Assembly: GCA_002269645.1 (NCBI GenBank)
Contig: NIVC01000138.1
Location: forward strand, 146,442-210,441
Reading direction: 5' to 3'
Source of the DNA: Macrostomum lignano
Taxonomy: Eukaryota
DNA: 64,000 nt
Of the stretch, positions 23,886 to 34,342 are shown piece after piece. The notes beneath the pieces were generated by a model. That model was not told where the DNA came from, ran no database searches, and saw only the letters and a list, made by a program, of their open reading frames with translations. The translations under genes and the position numbers were made by a program. Position 1 is the first letter of the stretch, and the number at the start of each line of letters is the position of its first letter.

Positions 23886-24140
23886 TTAGGGTGCCCAGGT
23901 TAGGGTGCCCAGGTTAGGGTGCCCAGGTTAGGGTGCCCAGGTTAGGGTGCTCAGGTTAGGGTGCCCAGGTTAGGGTGCCCAGGTTAGGGTGCCCAGGTTA
24001 GGGTGCCCAGGTTAGGGTGCCCAGGTTAGGGTGCCCAGGTTAGGGTGCCCAGGTTAGGGTGCCCAGGTTAGGGTGCCCAGGTTAGGGTGCCCAGGTTAGG
24101 GTGCCCAGGTTAGGGTGCCCAGGTTAGGGTGCCCAGGTTA
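23886..24140. repeat. 14-bp repeat TTAGGGTGCCCAGG x about 18 (contains the telomeric hexamer)
   Basis: Near-perfect tandem copies. Confidence 0.97.
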
Positions 24141-24253
24141 GACTAAAAAGTGCTCAACAAGAGTTCCTCCATCTACTGTAAATGCACGTCTATGCGTGTC
24201 TTAGTCTGGGCTGACAGGATGTTCTTTTACTAGAGTTTTCTGTTCAGATTCAT

Positions 24254-25140
24254 CACTCTTCTGAAATTTTGCTCTCTGAATCAGTCCTCTGACATTTTCC
24301 CCTCACTCTGAACACTGGAGCACTCACTCTTCTGAAAGTTTGTTCTCTGAATCAGTCCTCTGACATTTTCCCCTCACTCTGAACACTGGAGCACTCACTC
24401 TTCTGAAAGTTTGTTCTCTGAATCAGTCCTCTGACATTTTCCCCTCACTCTGAACACTGGAGCACTCACTCTTCTGACAGTTTGCTCTTTTCTGACTAAG
24501 CACTCACTCTTCCAAGTTTTTATTTTTCTGACTAAGCACTCTTTTTACAGTTTGCCCTTTCTGACTGAGCACTGTTCTAACAGTGTGCTCTCCTCTGACT
24601 GAGCACTCTTCTGACAGTTTGCTCTCCTCTGACTGAGCACTCTTCTGACAGTTTACTCTCCTCTGGCTGAGCACTCTTCTGACAGTTTGCTCTCCTCTGA
24701 CTGAGCACTCTTCTGACAGTTTGCTCTCCTCTGACTGAGCACTCTTCTGACAGTTTGCTCTCCTCTGACTGAGCACTCTTCTGACAGTTTGCTCTCCTCT
24801 AACTGAGCACTCTTCTGACAGTTTGCTCTCCTCTGACTGAGCACTCTTCTGACAGTTTGCTCTCCTCTGACTGAGCACTCTTCTGACAGTTTGCTCTCCT
24901 CTAACTCAGCACTCTTCTGACAGTTTACTCTCCTCTGACTGAGCACACTTCTGACAGTTTGCTCTCCTCTGACTGAGCACTCTTCTGACAGTTTGCTCTC
25001 CTCTGACTGAGCACTCTTCTGACAGTTTGCTCTCCTCTGACTGAGCACTCTTCTGATAGTTTGCTCTCCTCTGACTGAGCACTCTTCTGACAGTTTGCTC
25101 TCCTCTGACTGAGCACTCTTCTGACAGTTTGCTCTCCTCT
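24254..25140. repeat. Compound array: 71-bp unit x about 3, then 34-bp unit (GAGCACTCTTCTGACAGTTTGCTCTCCTCTGACT) x about 18
   Basis: CACTCTTCTGA at 24254, 24325, 24396 and 24467, then 34-bp period. Confidence 0.93.
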
Positions 25141-25489
25141 GGATGAGCTTGAGAAGCGAATAACTATAAGGAAATGTTAGAAGCAACGTTTTCATAAGGA
25201 AAGCAGTAGTTACTGATGCAGTATAACATCGATTTCTTGTAGAGCTCGAGCTCAGTAGCTATGTAATCCGCTTCAGACCGTAATCTCCAGTGCTCCTCAT
25301 CGATAGAACTTCTCATACGAGTCTCCACTCAGCTTTCTCCGATCGATGCGCGCGCATAAATTTAAAGCTACTCGAAAATAAATATGACTAGGTGTTTACG
25401 CATGTGAAGTGCAGGACCATCTGGGAGAAAACGAATTGGAGATTGGGTTGGAGATGGGCTCAAAGGAAGATAACGAAAGAAATTTACAT

Positions 25490-26520
25490 GATGAACTGGA
25501 ATGAACTGGAATAAACTGGAATGAACTGGAATGAACTGGAATGAACTGGAATGAACTGGAATGAACTGGAATGAACTGGAATGAACAGGAATGAACTGGA
25601 ATGAACTGGAATGAACTGGAATGAACAGGAATGAACTGGAATGAACTGGAATGATCTGGAATAAACTGGAATGAACTGGAATGAACTGGAATGAACTGGA
25701 ATGAACTGGAATGAACTGGAATGAACTGGAATGAACTGGAATAAACTGGAATAAACTGGTATGAACTGGAATGAACTGGAATAAACTGGAATGAACTGGA
25801 ATGAACTGGAATGAACTGGAATAAACTGGAATGAACTGGAATGAATTGGAATGAACTGGAATAAACTGGAATAAGCTGGAATGAACTGGAATAAACTGGA
25901 TTGAACTGGAATGAACTGGAATGAACTGGAATAAACTGGAATGAACTGGAATAAACTGGAATGAACTGGAAACTACTGGAATAAACTGGAATTAACTGGA
26001 ATGAACTGCCATGAACTGCAATGAACAGGAATAAACTGGAATGAACTGGAATAAACTGGAATGAACTGCAATGAACTGCAATGAACAGGAATGAACTGGA
26101 ATGAACTGGAATAAACTGGAATGAACTGGAATAAACTGGAATGAACTGGAATAAACTGGAATAAACTGGAATTAACTGGAATGAACTGCCATGAACTGCA
26201 ATGAACAGGAATAAACTGGAATGAACTGGAATAAACTGGAATGAACTGCAATGAACTGCAATGAACAGGAATGAACTGGAATGAACTGGAATAAACTGGA
26301 ATGAACTGGAATAAACTGGAATGAACTGGAATAAACTGGAATAAACTGGAATTAACTGGAATGAACTGCCATGAACTGCAATGAACAGGAATAAACTGGA
26401 ATGAACTGGAATAAACTGGAATGAACTGCAATGAACTGCAATGAACAGGAATAAACTGGAATGAACTGGAATGAACTGGAATGAACTGGGATGAATTGGC
26501 ATGAACTACAATGATCTGGT
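25490..26520. repeat. 10-bp satellite (ATGAACTGGA)n, about 100 units
   Basis: Units stay in register with the 10-base blocks of the listing. Confidence 0.97.
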
Positions 26521-27157
26521 ATAAAGATGGAATGACATCGAATGTCCGAATGAAATGAAATAAAATAGATGGAATTGGATCAAAGACTCAGACACTGATA
26601 AAGAAGGATCGAGAGGGATATATTGTATAAGCTAAAAATAGAACAAAATTCGGTCAGAAATCGCAAGCCTACTTAAGAGTTGATAAGTCAGTCAGTCTCC
26701 ATTATAAGCCACTGCTGCTGCTGCTGCTCTAAGCTGCGAATTCTATGAATCTGGGCGAGAGGACGAAAATTGGATTCGTCACCGCCCCGCCGCCCCCCCC
26801 CCCGGGGATATTCGATGACTAAAAGCTCTGCCTACTCCCCTTCCCTATCGTCTAGCTATCCCTAAACTACACACGATGATTCCAAATGCCTGAAACGCCT
26901 CTATCAACAGTTCTTTATAGGGCCCTGAGATTTTAGCTGCAGCATCAACATTGCTATCTTCTTCTGTACGGTCTCTTTCTTCCCCATCTCATCATCCCTT
27001 CCCCTCCCTCCAAAGTTCCCTTTTCCCTCTCCCCCTAGCAGAAAATTTTCTTCCCAAAACCAAAATCATGTGAGCGAGCAACCCAGAAATCCTCCCCTAT
27101 CTTACCATCCAGTAACTTCCCATGGCTTAATACTGCAGTAGTAAATACAGCAAGGAT

Positions 27158-27775
27158 ACATGAGATGGGAGATGAGAAGATGAGATGAGAGGGTAAGAAG
27201 ATAAGATGAGAGGATACATAAGATGAGAGATGAGAGGATATACATGAGATGAGAGATGAGAGGATATACATGAGATGAGAGATGAGAGGATATACATGAG
27301 ATGAGAGATGAGAGGATATACATAAGATGAGAGATAAGAGGATACACATAAGATGAGAGATAAGAGGATATACATGAGATGAGAGATAAGAGGATATACA
27401 TAAGATGAAAGATGAGAGGATATACATAAGATGAGAGATAAGAGGATACACATAAGATGAGAGATAAGAGGATATACATAAGATGAGAGATGAGAGGATA
27501 TACATGAGATGAGAGATAAGAGGATATACATAAGATGAGAGATGAGAGGATATACATAAGATGAGAGATAAGAGGATACACATAAGATGAGAGATAAGAG
27601 GATATACATAAGATGAGAGATGAGAGGATATACATAAGATGAGAGATGAGAGGATATACATAAGAGGAGAGATAAGAGGATATACATAAGATGAGAGATG
27701 AGAGGATATACATAAGATGAGAGATAAGAGGATATACATAAGATGAGAGATGAGAGGATATACATAAGAGGAGAG
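27158..27775. repeat. 26-bp minisatellite (GATATACATAAGATGAGAGATRAGAG) x about 23
   Basis: Tandem copies; these account for the overlapping minus-strand ORFs. Confidence 0.95.
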
Positions 27776-28314
27776 ATGAAAGTAGCTGAGAAGAGACAAA
27801 CCTCATTGCTACTCTGAAGTGTCAAAGGATCCGAGGGCCGGAGTTGCCTATTGATAGCTGTGGGAAGCATGATTGACAAGATCGAGTGATGCAAAGCATA
27901 AGAATTGGAAATTTGAACAGATGCAAAAGCTCGTTGAAATGGTGGCGGAGAGAGTCCATCTCATCCTCAACCACTTGCCACTCACGCCATGCGCGGTTAA
28001 GAGACGAGCTCAAGAAAGAGGAGAAAGACTCGTTTCCCCGACGCCCCCTGCCTACCTTCACTTTCTCTTCTTCATCGAGATCCAGCTGAGTACAGGGAGC
28101 TTCCCCATTGGTCCGAAATTTGTTCGCCAAAACAGCCGCGAGACAGACAGGCTGCAAGGGGGGGGGGCAACTCGGCCAGCACTCGGGCAAGAAGCAGGAG
28201 AGGCAGAACTGTTTTTAAGAGAATTTTCTAGAAAACTTTCTTCTCGGTCTTGGGGGTTAGCTCTCCTAGTAGAAACAGCAACAAACTTCTGGTTGAACTC
28301 TTCTTCTTGCAAGC

Positions 28315-28597
28315 ATGGCTGTTTCAGGCGGACTACTTTGTGGAGCTGCGGTGGTAACGCTGCTGTGTCTGCTGAATGGAGCGGAGGCTGGCGACCCGGT
28401 CCAGTGGGGCTACGACAAAGGAGACGGGCCGTCGGCCTGGCCGGACCTGTACAAGCGCTGGTGCTCCGGCAGGAAGCAGTCGCCGATTAAGCTGACAACA
28501 GCCCAGTCTGTTTACGATCCGTCGCTTGACACTTACACGATTAGCGAGCCGGCTTATGCCGGGAAACAGTACAAAATTCTCAACGATGGGCACAAAG
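28315..28597 (+). CDS. Carbonic anhydrase coding exon 1
   Basis: ATG at 28315, signal peptide through NDGHK, donor G|GTATTT. Confidence 0.9.
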
Positions 28598-31500
28598 GTA
28601 TTTTAATTTTTTTTCTTCTCATTGATGTTTCCTTGTAAAATAAACATTTTTTAAATTATTCTTTTGTCAGTATTGTATCATTCCCCGCCTTTAAGGTATA
28701 AACAACAGAGGATTCCCCGTATAGAGGGTATTCTCATTAGGGGATTCCCCTTATAGAGGGTATCCGCATTAGGGGATTCCCCGTCTATAGGGTATCATCA
28801 GGGATTCCCCGTATATAGGGTATCATCAAAAAGGGATTCCCGTATATAGGGTATCATCAAAAATGGATTTCCGAATATAGGGTATCATCATTAGGGGATT
28901 CCCCGTCTGTAGGGTATCATCATGAGGGGATTCCCCGTTTGTAGGGTATCCTCATTTGGGGATTCCCCGTCTATAGGGTATCATCATTAGGGAGTTCCCC
29001 GTCTATAGGGAGATTATCATCATGAGGGGATTCCCCCGTCTGCAGGGTATCATTATGAAGGGATTCCCTTCTATAGGGTATCATATTTGGGGATTCCCCG
29101 GCTATAGGGTATCCATTGTAAATTGTAAATTGCAGCCATTGTAAATTGATAAGTCTGACGCAAAGTAATTCATAAATCCGGTATCTCCCACCCCCAGTGC
29201 TGGTTGATTTCCAGAATATGCGAGTGAACCTCAGCCTCAACCGGCACGAGCGCGAGTGCTTCAGGCCGCATCACGTGCACTGGCACTGGGGCGACAAGAA
29301 TTCTATCGGCTCCGAGCACTGGCTGGAGGGCAAGCAGTACCCGCTTGAGGTTTGAAACTAATCTGCACTGAAAATCTGTATTCGTTAATTAATTTGCAAT
29401 ATTACTTTCTGCTTTAATTTAATACATTTCTTCTTACTTGACTTCTAGAGCTTAACTATAATAGACTATCTATAGACAGTGAAAGCTCAGGCCATAGACA
29501 GTGAAAGCTCAGGCCATAGACAGTGAAAGCTCAGGCCATAGACAGTGACAGCTCAGGCCAGAGACAGTGAAAGATCAGGCCATAGACAGTGAAACAGTGA
29601 AAGCGCAGACCATAGACAGTGAAAGTTCAGGCCATAGACAGTGAAACAGTGAAAGCGCAGACCATAGACAGCGAAAGTTCAGGCCATAGACAGTGAAACA
29701 GTGAAAGCGCAGACCATAGACAGCGAAAGTTCAGGCCATAGACAGTGAAACAGTGAAAGCGCAGACCATAGACAGTGAAAGTTCAAACCATAGACAGTGA
29801 AACAGTGAAAGCGCAGACCATAGACAGCAAAAGCTCAGGCCATAGACAGTGAAAGATCAGGCCATAGACAGTGAAACAGTGAAAGCGCAGACCATAGACA
29901 GTGAAAGTTCAGGCCATAGACAGTGAAACAGTGAAAGCGCAGACCATAGACAGCGAAAGTTCAGGCCATAGACAGTGAAACAGTGAAAGCGCAGACCATA
30001 GACAGCGAAAGTTCAGGCCATAGACAGTGAAACAGTGAAAGCGCAGACCATAGACAGTGAAAGTTCAAACCATAGACAGTGAAACAGTGAAAGCGCAGAC
30101 CATAGACAGCAAAAGCTCAGGCCATAGACAGTGAAAGCTCAGGCCATAGACAGTGAAAGCTAGGGCCATAGACAGGAAAAGCTCATGCCATAGACGGTGA
30201 AACCTCAGGCCATAGGCAGTAGGCTTTTAGAAAATTCACTTTCACAATCGTTGGGCCTCATTGCCAATAGTTGAAATGCTTGAGTAAATATTCGAGCTTC
30301 AAAAATAGACTTAACAAAATATGTCAAGTTACGAGTAGCCAATTCAAACTCGAAAACAATTTCTACTTGTATCCAGGGTCACATCGTGATGTGGGACTGC
30401 CGATTCTGGGACTCGTTCGCAGAGGCCGCTCATGGAATCGATGGACTGGCCGTTCTGGGTGTGTTCTATGAGGTAATTATGAGTATTAATACTGAAGCAT
30501 TGTGACAATAAAATATGGCACAATAGTTCAAATAAATAGTTGAATAGAGAAGCCGAAAAATCATAGCTTGCATAGCTCATACTTGCATAGCTTAATCATA
30601 TTTGGCAACAAGTCGAAAATGCTACTACGAGTAGTTAAAAAATGTTAGTAAGGAATAGTTAAGCATTTGTGAGAAAGAATCAATGAATTCATAAAATAAT
30701 TTGACTAAAAGATTTGCCTATTGCATGTTGCCATGTCTCTACTGAATGTCTATTGAATGTCTATCGAATGTTACAAGGGCTCTATTGATGTCTCACATTT
30801 TCGCACCGTAACAGATCGACAACAGCGTGCAGCTGAGCCCCGACCGCGGCATCGGCGAGATCATAAGCTTCTTCGACCGGCCGCAGGTGTCCAGCTGCGA
30901 CCAATGCGTGAACAAAGACTACAATAATCCGGGAGTCAACTTGCCCGCCTTCAGCATCAAAGAGCTACTGCCGAAGGATATGTCCAGCTATTTTGTGTAC
31001 TACGGCTCGCTGACCACCCCGGACTGTCGGGAGAATGTCATGTGGACCGTGTTCCGCGAGCCAATCAAGATTCCGCAGAGTGCGGTGAGTGTACACCAGG
31101 CTGAGGGCGGTGAGTGTACACAGCTGAGGGCGGCGAGTGTACACAGTTGAGGGCGGCGAGTGTACAAAGTTGAGGGCGGTGAGTGTACACAGCTGAGGGC
31201 GGTGAGTGTACACAGTTGAGGGCGGCGAGTGTACACAGTTGAGGGCGGCGAGTGTACACAGTTGAGGGCGGTGAGTGTACACAGCTGAGGGCGGTGAGTG
31301 TACACAGTTGAGGGCGGCGAGTGTACACAGTTGAGGGCGGCGAGTGTACACAGTTGAGGGCGGTGAGTGTACACCGCAAGCAGGCACACTCACATAAGGT
31401 GTACATCGGCCCTGGATTTCTTTTCGATTTCGAAAATTTTCGAAAGTGAATGTACACTCTCTCCGCGCCTTGAGGGGGGAGCTCGGAAAACAAGCCTTTG

Positions 31501-31803
31501 GGGCCATACAAGAGCCTCCAATTAATGTACTCGCACGCGGATTCGAACCCCCAGATGGACAAATTCCGCAACCTGTCGATGCCGCAGAACAGCACCACCG
31601 GCCTGCGCCGCCCAATGGTGAACAACTTCCGCGGCCCAATGCCGCTCAATCCAGCCGATCCGATTGGCGCCCGGCGCCAGCTGTCGCGCTCCTTCGGCAG
31701 CGATGTTGGCGCCGCGATGGCCGTCTGCGCGCCGGACAAGCGACTCCTGGTGCTCGCGGCCAGCTTGCTGGCAGTGGCCGGGCTGGCCGCCTGCCGGGGC
31801 TAA
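28315..31803 (+). CDS. Alpha-carbonic anhydrase, secreted and probably GPI-anchored (CA4-like architecture); join(28315..28597,29198..29349,30377..30472,30815..31084,31555..31803), about 349 aa
   Basis: Hydrophobic signal peptide; WGY..W, C..QSPI, NDGH (His64), HWHWG (His94/96), GSEH (Glu106), LEGHIV (His119), GLAVLGVF, YYGSLTTPDC.ENVMWTVF, NNFR.PMPLN; C-terminal hydrophobic stretch with no cytoplasmic tail. All junctions GT-AG and in frame (1050 nt). Confidence 0.95.
28706..29113. repeat. About 31-bp minisatellite built on the palindromic core GGGGATTCCCC, CA intron 1
   Basis: About 12 units of (A/T)GGGGATTCCCCGTCTATAGGGTATCATCAT. Confidence 0.9.
29198..29349 (+). CDS. Carbonic anhydrase coding exon 2
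   Basis: CCCCAG|TG...GAG|GTTTGA, HHVHWHWGDKNSIGSEHWLEGKQYPLE. Confidence 0.92.
29474..30215. repeat. 22/30-bp compound minisatellite (CCATAGACAGTGAAA...), CA intron 2
   Basis: CATAGACAG core; alternating 22- and 30-bp units; 282-bp internal duplication (GTTCAAAC markers at 29781 and 30063). Confidence 0.93.
30377..30472 (+). CDS. Carbonic anhydrase coding exon 3
   Basis: ATCCAG|GGT CAC...GAG|GTAATT, GHIVMW...DGLAVLGVFYE. Confidence 0.92.
30815..31084 (+). CDS. Carbonic anhydrase coding exon 4
   Basis: TAACAG|ATC...GCG|GTGAGT, YYGSLTTPDCRENVMWTVFREPIKI. Confidence 0.92.
31085..31375. repeat. 23-bp minisatellite starting at the CA exon 4 donor (G(T/C)GAGTGTACACAG(C/T)TGAGGGCG) x about 13
   Basis: Tandem copies beginning at the first intron base. 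Confidence 0.95.
31555..31803 (+). CDS. Carbonic anhydrase coding exon 5 (last)
   Basis: CCCCAG|ATG, MVNNFRGPMPLN...RQLSRSF, hydrophobic tail, TAA at 31801-31803. Confidence 0.9.
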   Translation: MDKFRNLSMPQNSTTGLRRPMVNNFRGPMPLNPADPIGARRQLSRSFGSDVGAAMAVCAPDKRLLVLAASLLAVAGLAACRG

Positions 31804-32044
31804 AGTGCCGGCCGGCTATGACCAGAGAGAGGCACGGGACTCGGGTGTATTATTGGGACTCTCCTCTCTTGAACCCGCAGCTGCGTACTGAGCATTACAA
31901 TCTTCAATCCTGTTAAACCATGATATGCTTGTATCAATGTGATGTGGAACCCCTTGATTAGCTATGTAATTATAACCGGATCAGCAGGTACAATTATGAC
32001 TCATAATTAATGTACACTTTGGATCGTCAACATGCACTGTACAT

Positions 32045-32418
32045 GCAATTAGGACCCAAGCCTGTACAATTAGGACCCAATCCTGTCCTTACATGACCCA
32101 ATCCTGTACAACTAGGATCCAATCCTGTGCAATTAGGACCCAATCCTGTCCTTACAGGACCCAATCCTGTACAATCAGGACCCCATGCTGTACAACTAGG
32201 ATTCAACCCTGTACAATTAGGACCCATCCTGTACAATTAGGACCCAATCCTGTACAACTAAGATTCAATCCTGTACAATTAGGACCCAATCCTGTCCTTA
32301 CAGGACCCAATCCTGTCCTTACAGGACCCAAATCCTGTACAACTAGGATCCAATCCTGTACAATCAGGACCCAATCCTGTACAACTAGAACCCAATCCTA
32401 TACAATTAGAACCCAATC
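32045..32418. repeat. About 21-bp minisatellite (AATTAGGACCCAATCCTGTAC)
   Basis: Tandem degenerate copies. Confidence 0.9.
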
Positions 32419-32507
32419 CGGTTTAAAGTTGGAATATAATTCAATACCAAACTCAGTCTTGAACAAGCAGATCGAGCCATATGATCCTAGTCATCTACTG
32501 TAGGAGC

Positions 32508-32750
32508 ATGTACAACTGAATTAGAATGAGAGTACACTCGATTTTCTTAGAAATGAGCCGGAGGAGGCCGCGGTAAGGAACGTACGTGTACATTTGTGTA
32601 CAATCGAATTTTTCTCAACCGAATTTGTCTATGGCGAAACCTCATGCTATGTGTATGTAATTGATACGACAAATATCTGTTCGATCCTTACCGTTCCCAG
32701 CTCATTTCTAAGAAAATGAAACGTAGCGTCATTCTGCTTCAGTTGTGCAT
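32508..32750. mobile_element. Foldback/MITE-like element with long imperfect inverted termini
   Basis: Perfect 17-bp inverted repeat TTTTCTTAGAAATGAGC (32542-32558) / GCTCATTTCTAAGAAAA (32700-32716). It extends outward (ATGTACAACTGAA..AGAATGA versus TCATTCT..TTCAGTTGTGCAT) and inward (CGGTAAGGA / TCCTTACCG). Confidence 0.55.
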
Positions 32751-33525
32751 CTGTATGAGCTGGCAGTGGAACCCTATTGAGTATGTACAATTGAAGCTAC
32801 TGCTATAAACGTAAAATTTTAGTTAAAAAAGTAAATGTTACTAGCAAAATTAAAACAAGAAATTATACTAAAACTTTTTTGTTAAAATTTGAAAAAGTGT
32901 TGTCTTTTAAGGCTTTTCTCTAAATGAAATGTTTATGATAATTAAAATTATTAATTAATATTTTAATTATATCACAATGTTGCGCTTAACGATATTTTAT
33001 TATAACATATAATCTATCCTTTATCATTAGCATGCTTGTTAACATTAATATTCCCACTCCACGAATTAATAATCAATGATTTATTTACTTTTTTTTCGTT
33101 ATTTCTCAGTTTTTTAATTTGAATATTAATAGTCAATTTAGCCACTATTAGTAGAACACAAACAAAATATCAAATTGAAATAAAAGACAATCAAAACAGA
33201 CAACAATGACGTGATTTTTCCACCTTTTCAATTGCTTTTCACCGAATTAGCTCTTTTGAAATGCTGGAGCCGTAATAGTTGTTCTATTTTTGTTTAATAT
33301 GTAAAGACGGTTCTTTGCGATTGCTTTAAAAGAAATTAATAAAATTTCGTTTAAATTATTTGTGTCGAAATCACTGCAGCAATAATGAGAGTGAGGCTTG
33401 AATATATAATCGATTTATAAACAATTTGGATGATCAGGAGAAATATTTCCTAGTTTTAATTAATTGTATTTTCAGGCGATACTGAAATCGCTGACAGCTG
33501 ATTTTCAATTTTGCTCTTTGCTCGA

Positions 33526-34342
33526 GACTGAGGGGTGGGGGTTGTGCCAGCCACTGCGGGACTGAGGGGTGGGGTTTGTGCCAGCCACTGCGGGACTGAG
33601 GGGTGCGGTTTGTGCCAGCCACTGCGGGACTGAGGGGTGTGGGTTGTGCCAGCCACTGCGGGACTGAGGGGTGTGGGTTGTGCCAGCCACTGCGGGACTG
33701 AGGGGTGTGGGTTGTGCCAGCCACTGCGGGACTGAGGGGTGGGGGTTGTGCCAGCCACTGCGGGACTGAGGGGTGGGGTTGTGCCGGCCACTGCGGGACT
33801 GAGGGGTGGGGGTTGTGCCAGCCACTGCGGGACTGAGGGGTGGGGTTTGTGCCAGCCACTGCGGGACTGAGGGGTGTGGGTTGTGCCAGCCACTGCGGGA
33901 CTGAGGGGTGCGGTTTGTGCCAGCCACTGCGGGACTGAGGGGTGTGGGTTGTGCCAGCCACTGCGGGACTGAGGGGTGGGGGTTGTGCCAGCCACTGCGG
34001 GACTGAGGGGTGGGGTTGTGCCGGCCACTGCGGGACTGAGGGATGGGGGTTGTGCCAGCCACTGCGGGACTGAGGGGTGGGGTTTGTGCCAGCCACTGCG
34101 GGACTGAGGGGTGGGGTTTGTGCCAGCCACTGCGGGACTGAGGGGTGTGGGTTGTGCCAGCCACTGCGGGACTGAGGGGTGTGGGTTGTGCCAGCCACTG
34201 CGGGACTGAGGGGTGGGGGTTGTGCCAGCCACTGCGGGACTGAGGGGTGGGGTTGTGCCAGCCACTGCGGGACTGAGGGGTGTGGGTTGTGCCGGCCACT
34301 GCGGGACTGAGGGGTGTGGGTTGTTCCGGCCACTGCGGGACT
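33526..34342. repeat. 33/34-bp G-rich minisatellite (ACTGAGGGGTGGGGGTTGTGCCAGCCACTGCGGG) x about 24
   Basis: Tandem copies with three G-runs per unit. Confidence 0.96.

Noticed and set aside
24504-27894. Repetitive ORFs at 24.5-25.2, 25.4-26.5 and 27.0-27.9 kb
   Set aside because: Translations of 34-, 10- and 26-bp tandem units in several frames; no splice or homology support.
27873-28490. 205-aa + strand ORF overlapping the CA start
   Set aside because: Out of frame with CA, has no motif, and runs across a clear splice acceptor at 28313.
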